From contig CM119263.1 of the NCBI GenBank assembly GCA_051294375.1, positions 2,070,113-2,134,112 on the forward strand: 64,000 bases of DNA, in the 5' to 3' direction. The notes beneath the pieces were generated by a model, which was not told the DNA's origin, did no database searches, and worked only from the letters and a program-made list of their open reading frames with translations. A program made the translations under genes and the position numbers. How positions within the stretch are numbered: position 1 is the stretch's first letter; each line of letters starts with the position of its first letter. Source of the DNA: Paraspadella gotoi. Taxonomy: Eukaryota; Animalia; Chaetognatha. This document shows, one piece after another, positions 44,323-61,000 of this stretch.

Positions 44323-45675
44323 TCACTCGATCTCTTGATCGAACATTCTCCTGGCCGCCGCCATCACGCCCCTCGTGTCCGCCAACTCGTTGGGCGGGAT
44401 GGCGTACTGCGTGGGTTTGGTCACCGCGTCTCTGTCCCAATCCTTCATGTCACCGCAGCGACAACCGTCGTTGACCCAAACTCCTTCGTTGACCTGACCC
44501 GTGGTCAGGTAATAGAACCGACCCGGTCCGTTCTTCTTGTCGTTCATCCACGACCCTGTTGAGAAAAGGGGGGGGGCGGCGAGGCGATAAGAATGTTATA
44601 TCTGTTTAGAAAAGTAGAGCAGAAAGTAAGCTTAACTTCCGTTGTATCTAGACGCTCCCTCTAGTTCCAAAATACAACACCTACATCCCCTTCACCGACC
44701 GACCGACCGACTGACTAACCGACTTAACTACCGACCAACTTACCTACCAACCAACCGACTGAATTACAAGTCAAACGACCAACTGATCGACCGACTGACC
44801 AACCAATTGACCTACCGACAACTAACAGACTGAGCGACCGACTTACCATCGACCGACTGACCTACTGACCGATCGATTGACCTACCGATCTTACCGCCCT
44901 TACTTACCCTCGAATTACCCTCGAATTACTTACCCTCGTATCGAGTATTATTCGGGAGACGAATCAACCCTTCCCCGTTCCGTTTGTCGTCGTGCCACGC
45001 CCCCTCGTAGATGCTACCGTCGGCGTAGAACATGCGGCCCCATCCACTTCGCTTGTTCGCGTACCTTGATTCGTTATAAGAGGAGGCAACACTAACAGCA
45101 CAATGCCAATAATAGATAAGTAACGTTAGGTGTAAATATTTAAAAATAAATTTTCAATCTGACAAAAAGGCAAAAAATTATTATCATTATTTTTTAATTT
45201 TTTTTTGCAATTCTCGATATACAATCGATATAAATATATAATATAAAAAAATTGATAAAATTAAATTTCAATTCAATAGATTTGACAACATTGATTTTAT
45301 TGCTTTTATTGAATTATGATAAGTTCGTTGATTAGATTTTGTATTAGAGCCGATTAAAATGAATTTGAAAGTAATTCGATTCACCGTTCCCTGACTCACT
45401 CGGTCACTCACTCACTCACTCACTCAGTTACTCACCACTCTCCCTCGTAATATTCCTCGTCCGTATAAAAGTGAGTCCCGTATCCGTGACGCTTGTCATC
45501 TTTCCAACCGCCGGTGTATCGCTTCTTATACCCGCCGCCAGAAGGAAAACTTAGCGTACCGTAACCGTTGCGTTTGTTCAACGCCCAGTCGCCGTCGTAG
45601 ATGAAGCCGTTCTGTGATTGATTGATTGATCGATCGATCGATGGATTGAATTTCGTCAGCTCGATGCAAAAATCA

Positions 45676-45745
<70 letters not shown>

Positions 45746-45983
45746 CGAGAGCGGAAAAACCGTTAAAGAGAGAGTGAAGTAGAGTCACTGAAATGAATTG
45801 ACTTTTGACCTTCTTCCATTTAAACGTCCCGTGACCGCTCTTAAGATTGTCGAGCCACTCGCCCTTGTATTCGTCACCATTGATTGCGTAGACGGTGTGG
45901 TGCATCCCCTTCTTCTGCGCCTTTTCGTCAGCGTCGATCCACAGTTGGCGCACGTAGCGCTTCGCCTTCCACTGTTGCGCCAT
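44323..45983 (-). CDS. MORN3: MORN repeat-containing protein 3, 237 aa, 4 exons
   Basis: Exons 45983-45810, 45611-45436, 45064-44934 and 44555-44323, 714 nt, phases consistent. It has repeated Y-x-G-x-W..K-x-x-G-x-G MORN motifs, and MORN3-typical ends LW..D.KAQK.G...VYAINGD and CG.M.D..RD....PTQYAIP. Confidence 0.92.
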
Positions 45984-46069
45984 TGCGAGGTGATTTTTTT
46001 TGGTCGGTCAGTCACTTTACTTTTCAAAACTGATAGGATGGAATGAGCCCAGCATCGGTCTCTACTTAT

Positions 46070-46155
46070 TGTTTGTTAAACAATTTTTTCTCTAAACTAC
46101 AAATGTAACTCGTCGAATTTCTAGAACTAAGATGATTTTGTGTCGTTATGGTAAC
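46070..46155. promoter_or_regulatory. RFX X-box plus forkhead motif upstream of MORN3
   Basis: GTCGTTATGGTAAC at 46142-46155 fits GTHNYYATRRNAAC exactly, ~160 bp upstream of the ATG. TAAACAA lies at 46077-46083. Confidence 0.7.
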
Positions 46156-47708
46156 CGATGTTCTTTTGTTGAAAGTATGAAAAGATATGATATTTAGCGA
46201 CATCTCTTTTGAATATGATTTATCTGAAAGGAACAAAAGACAAACTTTTCGGTTTCCTATTAAAACTATTTTGCGTTAATTTCCTTCGATAGTATACTAC
46301 TTTATAACTATTATTACTAACATTTTTATAAATTGTTAAGCATTGATTCATCTCTTTTATGAAATCATTTCTACTCATGATTCCTTAATTGTGTTTTTCT
46401 CCTCTAATTCTGTGAACATTGCGATATTTATTTCCGAAATTGCTGAGTTGTCTCATTTTTTGTTGTGCCATAACTCGGGACGGAAATCCCAGCGGCTTCG
46501 GCCAAACAGTTAAATCGTCGGCAAAACTCGCAAATTGTGGGACATAGCAACCGAAGCTGCGTTTTTTTAAAAAAAAATACCGAAATCTCCATTCATATTT
46601 ACAGCATTACAGCATTCCGCTTCTCCGTTACGCGTCATCGCGCATTTAATGCCGACGGCCTCCTTCGCTGTTTTCCTTTCCCGCTCGATCGGCCAAGCGT
46701 TGACTTGCCCAAGCTAGACTCGTCCAGCAGACTAAACCATCATGACTAACCCAAGCATACTACCCAAGCTACTAATCAAGCGTGACTAACCCAAGCATTG
46801 ACTAACCCAAGCATTGTACACATCATTGACTCCAACGATTTCCCGCCGAACCAAAATCTCCTCATCCTCTTCATTTTTTTTTCTTTGATGCGACGATGAT
46901 GAGATGGGGGACACTTTTGCGTCGGGGTCGAATGTCGTACTTTAATTTAAATGATATAATATAATATAATATTTTAAGTTTATAAGTCTAAAAATATATT
47001 TAAGTTAAATATTAAGTTAAAATTAAATTCTGGGAACTACAGAAATACGGCAGTCTCAGAAAACAGACCCATTTGAGGACGCATCAGTTTAACATCAAAT
47101 CTCCCATTTTTTTTTCTTTTCTTTCCATCTCAAACTGCAAAGTCCCACGCACGACAAGTATTGAGACTCCGGGAATCTACAGAGAACAAAAAAAAGCAAA
47201 CATCTCTCTGTCTTTCTCTCTCTCTTTCTCTTTGCCCCATTAGCGCGGCCATGAGTCGAACGAACCAAGGATATGGAAGAAAGTGAGAGATATTGTCGGT
47301 CGGACTCATCCCCGCCCTTACTCTCCCCCCCTTACCCCCCTCCCGCCCTCTCATCTCCGTGGATGAAAGACGCTCCCTATTTTCTTCGCCTTCGTCGCCC
47401 GGCGTCTTCCGGTCTTGCCGCGCAGTTTGCGTCGGCGTCCGCGTCGGCAAACCCCGGCGGTTGACGCGATAAGAATTCCTCTATTTCAAATTCTGCCCCT
47501 TTTTTGTTTAAAGGAGACAGAGAGAGAGACAGGGACAATCGCAAATGTCAACATTCGGCGCGAATTTTCCTTTTTTTTCTTTTTCTTTTCTTCTTCGATA
47601 ATTTTTTCTTCATATTTTTATTTCTCTTCTTTCCTTCTTTCTTTCTTTCTTTCTTTCTTTCTTTGCCAATCTCCCTCTCTCTCCTCTCTCTCTCCTCTTT
47701 CTCTCTTC

Positions 47709-47809
<101 letters not shown>

Positions 47810-47831
47810 TCTCTCTCTCTCCTCTCTCTCT

Positions 47832-49716
<1,885 letters not shown>

Positions 49717-50754
49717 GTTTGAATTGGGATGAGAGCACGCAATTGATTATGGCTGCAATGAGGAACCACGACCCTCGATGCCAAATGGATGTCGATGTCG
49801 GAATCTCCGAAAGGCGAAGTCGCCTCCCAACGCAAACGTCGTCCAAAAACGGAACGCTAAACTCATTTTAAAATTTGCTAATACAGTTTGCCCATTTGTA
49901 AACAATCACCGAAATAGTTTTTTACCTTTACTATTTACTTTGCGATACTAAGTGAGTTACATTTTCTCTGTATAAAATTACCCTATTTTCGCATATCATC
50001 ATATCATATCATCTCGTAATACCCGTAATATCGTTATATATTCCCTGAAAAATTGTCGTTTAATTTATGAAAATGGTCGCCCAATCACGGCATACAGTCA
50101 CGAATCACTGTGAAAACTTTGCATACGCCATACAGTCATCCAATCATATACAGTCACCCTTTTGGTTACGCGGAGATCTAATGAACGTAACCACGACGGC
50201 CGGCGGCCGGACGAGACGGATCCTGTTTTCACGACTTCGTAAATTCTGACCCAAAAAGTTGATCCTCGAGGGAAGGAAAATCGGGGATGACCGAGGGGTC
50301 AATCGAGGGGACCAGCGGCAGGAATTACCGATCGGAGACGGAGCTTTCGAACCACCGACCACAATCGAAGACTCATCGAACCGACCACCGACCACTGGCC
50401 GCACCGCCGAGTGTAAAACCGACCGTAAAGGGTGGGGAAGCCGCGGACCGTAGAGTCGACGATTAATTCCGATGATGACGCGTCCGTCAATTCGCGGCCT
50501 TAAAGGTAAGTGAATTCCTTGGAGGTGAGAGGCCAGTTTGTTCAGCTGATCAGGAAAGTTGAGAATGGTTTATGTTTATTATCTTTAAATAGAAGGGTTC
50601 TATCCTCCTCTATCCTCCTGTAACTTCCACCTAACCTCCCTCACATTCTGCTCCTCTTTCTCTCTTCTTCCTCGTTCCCACGCCCGGCTCACTTCCCAGA
50701 GGCCGTCCGCGAGAGACGCTTTGCATCAACGAAATCATCGGTTCCAGTCTTCCC

Positions 50755-50795
<41 letters not shown>

Positions 50796-51259
50796 TTCTT
50801 TCTCTCTCTTTTCCCCCCTCGCGTCTGCCTCTTTTTTTCCTCACTTCCACCTTTCGAGACGAAAGGCCGCGTACCGACTGGCGGGTCCAGAGCCACGACG
50901 CCCTCTCTCTCTCGCTCTCGCGCGCGCGCTTCATAGCGTCTTTCTCTCGCGATCGAATCCTTTTTCCCCCCCAGAACCGACACGCCGACATTCCTTTACC
51001 AGCGAGAGAGTCTCGCCTCTCGTTCCTTCCAGCTTAGCGGGCATCTGGTTCGCGACGCCATTGAGCGCGCGTGAGCCACGAGAGAAAAAAAAATAAAGCG
51101 TCATCTCTCTCTCAATCTCTCTATCCTTTTCTCGCTTTCTCTCTCTCTCTCTCTCCCCCTCGCTCGCCGCGCGCGACGTTATCGCCGGTTCTCAATTTTA
51201 CTCGCGCTCATGCAGAAGCCCGCCGCTCCGGCGATGCACAGGAGAAGCCGTGACCGCTG

Positions 51260-51286
51260 ATTGGTCCGAACTCGTCTTGTGATTGG
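51260..51286. promoter_or_regulatory. Paired CCAAT boxes in a CpG-rich island upstream of M6
   Basis: GATTGG twice (ATTGG at 51260 and 51282) within the CpG-rich stretch ~50690-51350. Confidence 0.35.
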
Positions 51287-52275
51287 CTGTTGAGCCGAGG
51301 GAACTGCAGCTGCCGAGCAGCGAAGCTCGAGCTCCTCGTATGTTGCGAGGAATAGAGATGAAATCGAAAAGACTGACTGATTACTATAAATTCTTATTTA
51401 GTGATGATTAAATCTATTTTTGATAATTTTTTTAACTATGATAAAATATGGGTAAAATAAAAAAATTAAACACTTAATTACTTGCTCCGTTTTTTATTAA
51501 TATGAATTTTAACTCGCTCTTTTAATCATTTTTTAGAATAATCTCATTAGAAAAGAGACCTCGCCACTTTACGCTTCTTCAGTTCCTGGATATTTTTTGG
51601 GAATAAGTAGCGGTGAAAAGTTCAACCAAAAAACTTATTTCCAGACATAGCTAATTAACTTTGAAGGGGTTTTTTTTTTCATTTTTTTTATAATTTGACT
51701 TCCAGTTATCTGTTTTTCCTCTGATTTTCATCTAAGCGAGGTCTGGTTGTTGTTGTCGTCCCAACGCTGCGGACGCCGCGGCCGCTGCTGCTTTCTCTGT
51801 CAACTGCCCTGTAGCCGTCTTTTGGTTTTTGACAAAAAAATTTATGCTCGATGTTTTTGTTATTTTAAATCGAAAACATTTCGCGTTCGTTATTTAAATA
51901 TGAACCGGAAACAACCATCAGACGCTACAAATATCGGAAAATATAAATACATCCCATTTCCTACGAAAGGATTACAAACTACAATGACGCAGATTTCTTT
52001 GTTTGCGATTGCTCCCTGATTTCTGGCGAATTCTGCATCGTTCCGCTGAGAACCCGTTCAACGATATCATTTCTCCAATTGTTTTTGTTTTCTTAGGATA
52101 AATATCATGGTGTGAATCGAGTGATCGACTTAAAAACAAAACAGAATCGACTCTTCGATGTGATAAACGCTAAACGGGGCGAAAACCCTTTCCCCGAGGG
52201 ATCGATATTCCCTCCCGAGTTTAAAACTCAAACTCTAGTTGACGCTTTTAGGAACAAAAATACATAGCATTCAAG

Positions 52276-52648
52276 ATGGCGGGTAAGTTTCCCTTTTTTA
52301 AATCAACGTGTTTTTTTTTTCTTCAAAATCCCGGCATACTCTTTTTTTCCCGCTATCTCTCCCCGCATCCTTTTGGTTCTCCTGTCCTCGCATGTTCCGG
52401 TTGTACCCTGTGACGTTTCGTGAAAGATTCTCGCACCCTTTTTGATTGCTCGTGCATTTCGCATGTCCGTCGTGAGAGAACTTCATTATTAATCTTTACC
52501 TCAAAATAAATGAAAGGAATTCATATTTTCTTTTCCTCGGCTATGGTTTTTATAATTTCATACACCATTTAAGACAGCGGAATGATCCTTGCAAAATTCA
52601 TAATGTTTTGACTTCAGATTTATATTTATTGCGAAAATCCACGCTTTT

Positions 52649-52695
<47 letters not shown>

Positions 52696-55600
52696 GGTTT
52701 CCTCTTTTGCCCAAAAGCGGAAAAAATAGGCAAACATGAGGCTTGAACGACTGAGTGAATGAAAATAAACGCCGGAGTTTTGTCGCCCTCCGGTCGCCGA
52801 CTCTATTGTTTGGAGCCACGTGAAATTCGGGCGACAGATGGGGAGCGGGGAAAGGGGGGGGTGGCAGATGTGGAAGGCAGGGGTGCTGTGGGATGGAGGG
52901 AAGGGTGGAAGATGACGATTGGTGGAACGGTGGGCGGTGTTCTCCGCCATTGTGGGCGTGGCGGAGTGTGGCTTCAGATGATGAGCTTGAATTAAGATGA
53001 AAAAAGAAGGTTGATGATGTGAATCTTGAAAATTTAAACAGTGATTAGAGGGATGTGAGACGCGTTGGGCGATTCACGATCATATGGAAAATTATTCTCA
53101 ATTTTTTAAATGTGCAACAGTTTTAAAAGTAATTGGATTGAAAATGGGAGGTGTTAGTATTGATAAAAAGTGGCAGTAATGAAAAAATAATGAAGGTAAA
53201 ATCGGTAACGAAATTAGCGAAAAAGAAAAATGAGGAAAGTAATTGAGTGAAGAGGATTCCACGTGATTGAGAGCGTGAGAGCAGGTGTTTGACCAGGAAA
53301 CGCCGGTAACGGGGCTACGAGGGGAAGGAGTGCCGAAAATCTTCAATAACAATGCAAAAGACAAGGCATGGATGATGTAGGGTGATGGGGTGCAATACGG
53401 AAAGGATGGACCAAGCGATGGGAGCCAGCGTGGTCGATACTAGGGGTTCCGGAAGACATGCATAGGGAAAGGGGATGCCGACGTGAGGGTTCCGGAAGAC
53501 GGAGGGAGTTGCCGGCATTAACGACGCAGTGAATTAGTAGAGAGAGAAGTAATGAATCGAGAATTGCCGACACAAACACGAGACGGCATCGTCGCCATCG
53601 CCGGCCCACTTTGGCCAATGCCGGCGAAATGATACGAGCGGCGGGTGGCGTCCCTTATGATACAAGTTGGAATTAAAGAGATTCTCTTACAGTGTAAATA
53701 AAGAGAGGGGGAGAGAAGAGAGAGAGAGAAAAAGGCAGAGAAGAGATAGGGAAATAATGAAAAGGCCACCGTTGGCCATAAAGCGCTACACGAGTCTTTC
53801 TTTTTTCTTTCTTTTTTTCGTTTTGAGCGGTCGTGAATGGCTTCCAAAAAGACAAGCTCTCTTAGTTGCCACTCAGTTCACCGAAAGGTTAAAACTCTGT
53901 CAACGCGCTGTCTCTCTCTTTTAGCTCTTTTTTTTTCATTCTTTTTTTTTCCTTTCCCTTTTGTTTTTCATGCATTTAAGTCTATGCTTAAGGTTCCTCA
54001 CCTCTCCAATGCCCTCTCTCACCCTCTCTTTTCGAAATTGCCATTTTTTATGGTATCGTTTCTCTTTTCAAATTCGATAACGAAAATAGCAATAGAGCCG
54101 CGAAAATGTTTGCCTTCCGCGCGATTCAATTCAAGTAAATTTGATTCTGGGGTTTAAGAAGATATCTATTAGTCACTGTCAACGGTAAATTTTAATAATA
54201 TTCAGGACTTTGCGAGCTTTATACAATTTAATTTAAACTTTTAGAACAAATTTTATGATTGAAATAATAGTTTTTAAATTTAAGTATGAATAAACAAGCC
54301 CTAATTGCGTAGGTACAGACGTTACCCTTCTCATTAGCAAAATGTGCATATTTCGCCTGCGCTCGTTCCAAGAAGACTGCGGAAAAGAACCCAGACATTA
54401 GCCTTCCCGCGACTCAAAAAAGTTCCGGAATAACAAGAGAGAAAAGAGCTGGAACTTCGTGTAGGAAGGATTTTTCAAATGTGGGGCGGAACTAAATAAA
54501 CTCGTCAGATAAATTCAATTTGCTTTTACACTAAAAAAGAGGATGGGGAAATTGGAGGGGAAAAAATAGTAAAAATGGAAGAGGAGATGACTTTTTAAAA
54601 GGGACTTGCTCTCTCTCGCTCTCTCTCTTTTTTTTTTTCTAGTTTTTTCTCGAGGATTTCGTGAAATATCTTTTCGACGGCTTTTTAAGGATAGATTCAT
54701 CCTCACTCATTCGGTCGGCGAGGTACAAAGTTTCTCTGTTTACATCCTATAATTTATCTAACTAATGATGAAGACTTAACGGTTTTTAAAAGATAAAAAG
54801 GAATAAAAAAAAATTTTTCCCTAAATATTCTTGTCTCTGGGCGGGAAAACTCAGATTTTCACGGGAGAGACAGAGAAGACAGACGGGTCCTTGTTTGTTC
54901 GCGAATCCAAGGACCCGCCAGATTTTCACGCTTTTTTGTCAGCGTTGTTGTTGTTGTTGCCTAGGAAATATTTCATTCAATTCCCACACTAACGAATGTT
55001 AAAAATTCTTTTAGTAATCCAAATATTTTTTCGTTCATCAGAATAAAGAATCCCATACTAAATAAATGATCAGTCCCATAAAAAATACATAAGTATTACT
55101 AGCATACCCTTGATTATCTGGTCCACTGCTTTATTTCTAATCAATATCGAGGCAGTGCCTCCAATCTCACACCTCGAAATATTTGGGCCCGCCTTGGATT
55201 TTGGCAAAGCGCCTGGGATCAAAGAGACAGGGGCGGTCCCGGTTGTGAAGGAAACAATGACAGAAATAAAAAATGTGGTTTTCGTACCCAGAACATACTC
55301 GCAAGGGGATGGAATAAAACAGTGCAACCTTGGGAAGCTGCTCAAGTTAGAATGATATGAATTCGGTTCCAAATATTATAAAACGCCTGTTTGGCTTTTT
55401 CTTATCTAGAAAAAAAAAAAAAATTAATCATTTCTTCTAGAATTTTGTTATTTTAATTTTCTGCGATGTTTTTACGAGTGATCGTAAAGTTTTTACGTTT
55501 TTGACTTCCATCGCGTCAAATATTTATGAAATTTCTTTCCTGGCGACGCCGGGATTTGTTTTTAACGATGTCGTTTTGAGATGTAAGTCAGGATTCAGGC

Positions 55601-57223
55601 TCATCTGCCAAATCCGCTTTAAAACCTGATGATTTTTAAATGGAAAACTCCTGACATCTGTCGTTGTTGTTCAGTTTTCATCCACTCGGCCACTTTGCAC
55701 CCAAACCACCTTCTTCAACACCCAACGATTCCACTATCCCTCGCTCTCCCTTGCCACTCTCGGTCTGTGATCGTTGACGTTGAAGGAAAGCATCAATCAC
55801 GCGGCATTAACGACGATGGATTAAGCGCAGTGAGGGAGAATCTAGCAAGCAATGGCGTCTGCTTGGCGCGACTCTTGGTGAATCATTGACCATGCGCCTC
55901 TTTTATTAGCGTGAGAACTGATACTTAAGTGCGTCGCTCTTTAGAATGATGTACTGCGAACACGATACTTTCGGGTGCGCCGTTTCATGAGCGCCTTATT
56001 TGGGAAATTACGGTTTTTGTCTTATTAAAATAAAATGAGAAAATGCTTTTAGGGCCTCAATCTTATGATAGTGATTATCCTACGAAAGTATGTCTGCCAC
56101 GTCGTAATTCCTGAGATAAAAACGCAATATAACGCACTGTGCCATTTACAAAGAGCCAACTACCAAGTCGTGCCAATGGGCCAACCATCGAGCCGTACCA
56201 AAGAGCCATTCGCTAAGCCCAGCCCTGCAATGCCTCCGGAGCCTACACCGTATCCAAACTCGTTGTCGCAGAACCGGAACTCATTTTGGGTTTTGAGCGG
56301 AAGTCAATCGATGATCGAGCGAAAAGTGGGTGAATCCAATTACCCTACTTTTACTGGGTTAATGTGCCCGCCGAGTGAGAACGAAAACAAAAGTGGCATT
56401 GACCCTCTTTACATTAATACATCATCAGGATAATAGATTAAATACGTCGATAATATACTGGACAATAATGGAATAAATATTATTTTTTTATCCGAGCTCT
56501 TTTACGAGAATTTCAATTTCTCTTCCATTTAAAATAAAATTAAGGATTTAGAATCCAAACCCTGTACACAAATTCCAATCACAGATATATATTCCGCATT
56601 TTTTCTTTTTGATTAGTTTTTTATTTACTCCACCAAATTTTAGTCTTCCAAAAAATTTTCTAGAGCACCAAAGCATGACGGTTAGTTTTTTCGTTGCATT
56701 TATAGTTTATTTTATTTTGGTAGTTTAGAAATAGATATTTTTATACTTTGGAATTTTAAAAGATGCATGGTTTAAAATTAGATTGAAAAATCGGCTCAAA
56801 ACTAGATTTTTTTTCCTTTTTCCATTTTTTCAACGCTTGCTAAAAAAAAACGAAAAAAAAAGACGGTGCACTTTTGCAGGATGAACAGAAAAATATGGAT
56901 GGAGAGATGGGTTCAGGTAAAGTTTTTCCCATCCATTATTTATTTATAATGTTTGTTTTTTACCCATTTGTTTGGATGAGTCATTCAATTTAAAAGAAAT
57001 TCGTTTTTACAATTTCTATTTATACTGGGATCGTTAAATAAAATAAATCCCTTAGTTGTTTCGGAATTACAAAAAAACAAACACTTTTTTTTTTGCGGGA
57101 GGCACAAAGCGGTTGGGTTAAGCCGGGTGGAGGGTAGAAATGTGAGTCGCAGGCCGGTTCTCTGTTTCCAATAAAATTGGATTGCCTTTGCTTCGAAATA
57201 TCACGACTGTCGGATATGCGATG

Positions 57224-57282
<59 letters not shown>

Positions 57283-57994
57283 TCCCTGCCATCAATCGAT
57301 GAGACTGCTACTCCCTTCCTTCTATTTATCCTTCATTTTAATTAAATGATCATTTTTTCTCTTTTAACCATTCATTTTCTGCTAATTTAAAGTAATGACT
57401 TTAGTTGGGCGAAACTCTATTTGAAATTCGCCGCCGCGCGCGAGAGTGTTACCTAAGACGAGACACAATCAGCGGACGGATATTATTTTCCTTCTTTCTC
57501 TTTATTTCTTCTCATTTTTAATCTTTTTTTTTCTTTTTTTTTTAATTCTTAATTTACTTTTCCGTTTCTGCAGCTAATTCCCGATCCTCCAATCCATTAC
57601 TATAACCATTATTTTATTTGAAAGTCGTTATGAGTCACCCTCCACGTAATTAGATTAGGGATTCTGTCACTCGCTGTTGCGGAGTTCCCGCCACTCTCCC
57701 AATTTGAACACATCGCCAACAATGCTCACGCTGTGAATATTTTTCGCAGTCACCCAAATCAAATGGGAGGCTTTTCATTAATCAAAATCCTCGGCGATCT
57801 TTCACCGTTAACTCATTTCGACGGGCGTGTCTCTTTCGCGATGGAATTTTAGCGCGCGAACTAATGGAAACCGAGTCCTTGCTCACTTTCCTTATCCCTG
57901 CTCCCTCCCCCAGTCCGCCAGCGGAAAGGGACAACGAGTCCTTTTGGACTTTCGAGTTTGATCGCAAAGTGGTTTTACGATGACCCCCTTCGGC

Positions 57995-58049
<55 letters not shown>

Positions 58050-61000
58050 CCCCAATTCCTACCCTAAAGGGAGGCTGGCATGAATGAAAAATACAAGAAT
58101 CGCTTTGGGTCTTTTTGTTGGCATTTCTAATCTCGCTTGGGATGAAAAAAAAAATTAATCAACGCTTCTCTATGTTTATTTTAGTTTCCGGTTTCTCGTT
58201 AAAAAACAAAATTCAATTCGATTCGAAGAAAAATAGAATGGTGATGGCTAATATTCCTTTTTTCCCTTTTGCGGCAGAAGGCGACGGAGGTTGCTGCAAA
58301 TGCATGGACCGTTGCTGCGACTGTCTCGGCCGCATCCCCTGCGCGTCCACTCTCGCCCTCACACTCCTTCTCTCCGGATTGGCGGGCTTCGCCGCTTCCC
58401 TCATCGTCGCCGTACAGAAAACCAGAGACGCTTTCGACACAGTCAGCCAGTGAGTTCATGAGGCTGTGGCCTTTTTTTTTGTTATACTTTTTGGTTCTTT
58501 TTTTTAAATTAGTAAATTTTATAAAGGATTTTATGCACTATTTTTCGAAAGCGCCTCATTTCTGATCCTAATCCTTAAAATAAATTTTAAGTCAAATATT
58601 TAAGCATATTTATTTGCCAAATATTTAACCAAACCCTCATACTTAATCTTTACCTCATCCATAACTCTAATCTTTAACCTCGATCCCTAAACTTTTCCTT
58701 TCACTATAAAAACCTAATTTTTAATGCTAAAGCAAATCCTAAACTATAATACCCAAATATTAATATTAATCCGAAATGTTATCCTTTACCCTTGACTTTA
58801 AACTTAAGAACAATTCAAGCTGAAATTAGGTACTTATGGAAAATATGGCGATTTTTTTATTTGTGAGATTTATTGTTTTTGACTTTCAGGCGGAAGTTGT
58901 TTCTGGGTTTATTTTTTTACTGGAGATTTCAGTCTTGAATAAATCTAGACATTGTTCTAGGTGTTGTTATATATATTGTTATTTATATTGTTATTTATAT
59001 TGCTCAAATCTATCTTTTATTCAGATTGGACCCGAAGTATAAATCATTAGGAGATGGAAATCTTTTAAGGTAAATCAATCGGAGATTTTTCAGGGGTTTT
59101 CAAGTTAGGATAATAAATATTTAATGTTGTATCATTTAATAAGAGTTCGTTGTAATTTTTTTACTTTTTGCAAAAAAAAAAACAACAAATTATCACTCCG
59201 TATTTTTCCCGACTCATAGTGGTGTCTTTTGTTATTAATGAAAGCTCGTAGAATAGGTTGAACAAACAAACGAGACTTTGATAAATCATTGATATTTTTC
59301 ACTGATCTTTATTTCACCATCCAACTTGCTTTGCTTTCTTTGCTGTCACTCCCTCACATCCGTCCGTGATTTGACATAATTCTTCACTCGCTTTGAACTT
59401 ATCTCACTAAATCAACTTTACCATCAGTACCAGTGATCTTGGCCCGATTCCGTAAGTATCAAACTTTTTTCGCTCATCCATCACGTTGTAGCACAATTTT
59501 ATGTTTCTCCCAATTTTGTTTAATTTAGTTTTGTATTTTTTTACACCAAATGGTCACAAAAAGGCTCGGAAATTTGGTTTAAGAAAAGTCATCTTTGACA
59601 ATTTCAATCAAGCCACAGTTATCAGTTCGAAGTAGTAAAAAATATCTGGGAATATTTTGGGAGAACGTGAAATCATCCTTAGTGGCATTAGTGATGTTAT
59701 ATAACTTTATAAAACAAAGAAGAACAATTGTAAAATATTTCAATATCATTTATAGATTCCTTAGTTTTATCGCTATTTAAAAAAAAATTGGTAACTTTGA
59801 TCGTTATGCAATGTTCCAGCAAACTTAAAATAAAAGAATTTATAACTATCTGAGCGTCATAGTTCATCTAGGTTTTTTTCGGCCGTTTTTCGATTCTCTT
59901 CACCAATTTTCACGTTAATATTTGAATAACCTTTAAATTTATAGAAAAATTTAAAGGAAAAACTGCAGTATGCACGAATAATTGAATATTTTTTTAAGTT
60001 TTTATATTTTTTTCAAACTTAGTTAATGGTTAACAACTTTTTTAGTAAAACTATCAAAAATACAAAACGCCCTTTTCCCCCTTCCACGTTTCTTTCCTTC
60101 GACGATCAGGCTGGCCCTCATGGAGACCGTGGTCCTCAGCATCTGCGTTGGGATGGTCCTTTTGTCTTGCATCTTCTTATCCATCGCTTTTCTGTCTTCC
60201 GGTGCGACGCGGCGCCACCTGTTTGGCGGAAAGCGATCGCACAACATCTGCGGTCGCGTCACCAACGGAATCGTGAGTTTGAGGATGTTGGAGGCAATTG
60301 GAGCAAAGTCGATCAAGTGATAGGATCAATCAATCATTTTTATTATTTTAACGAAGGAAGTAGGCGTTGTTTATTGAAGAGAATTTGAGGAGTTTTATTA
60401 ACATTAGTAAGATAACGATAATTTATGGAGATTATGTAAACAAATACAATAAATAGAATTTGAAGTTGATATCTTGAAGGTAAGTTGAAGACTGATCTCG
60501 TTCCCCCTCCTCCTTCCCTGCCGTCGGTTTCCTCTGATTGGTCAATCAGAAGAAAAGACGGAAAAGCCAAGAGATTCAAACAATATGGTCTATCGGGTTC
60601 ATATACTGGTCCGTTTCCTGCAATGTAATAAGTTTTTTTAAAAATAAAGATAAAGTAAAGTTTACGTTATAACCAGAATAATAGAAAAACTGCTCCTTTG
60701 AAACAGCAAGAAACAAACTGAATTCAGACGTGATGGGGGGGACGGAGCGTCTCCTCAAGCGACAGAATAAATCACAAAATAAATCACTTTTGTTTGTGGG
60801 GCGGAAAGAAATGATTTTAATGCTTGGACATTTGTTAGGACTTAAAAAGTGTCTGACTATAGAAAATTTTAAAAAATCACAGTATTATTAATATTTAACA
60901 TTTTCAAGAAAGTGAATGAATTTGATGTTGAAGAAATTTGAGCGGTTTCCAAAATTTGTCTTTTTTTTTTAGCTCTTAGTCTAAATTCGTTCCAAGTTCA

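Noticed and set aside
54956-56433. X-box-like GTTGCCTAGGAAAT and short ORFs at 55070-55372 and 56065-56433 inside the M6 5' region
   Set aside because: The motif is imperfect, and the ORFs lack recognisable domains or exon-like codon bias.
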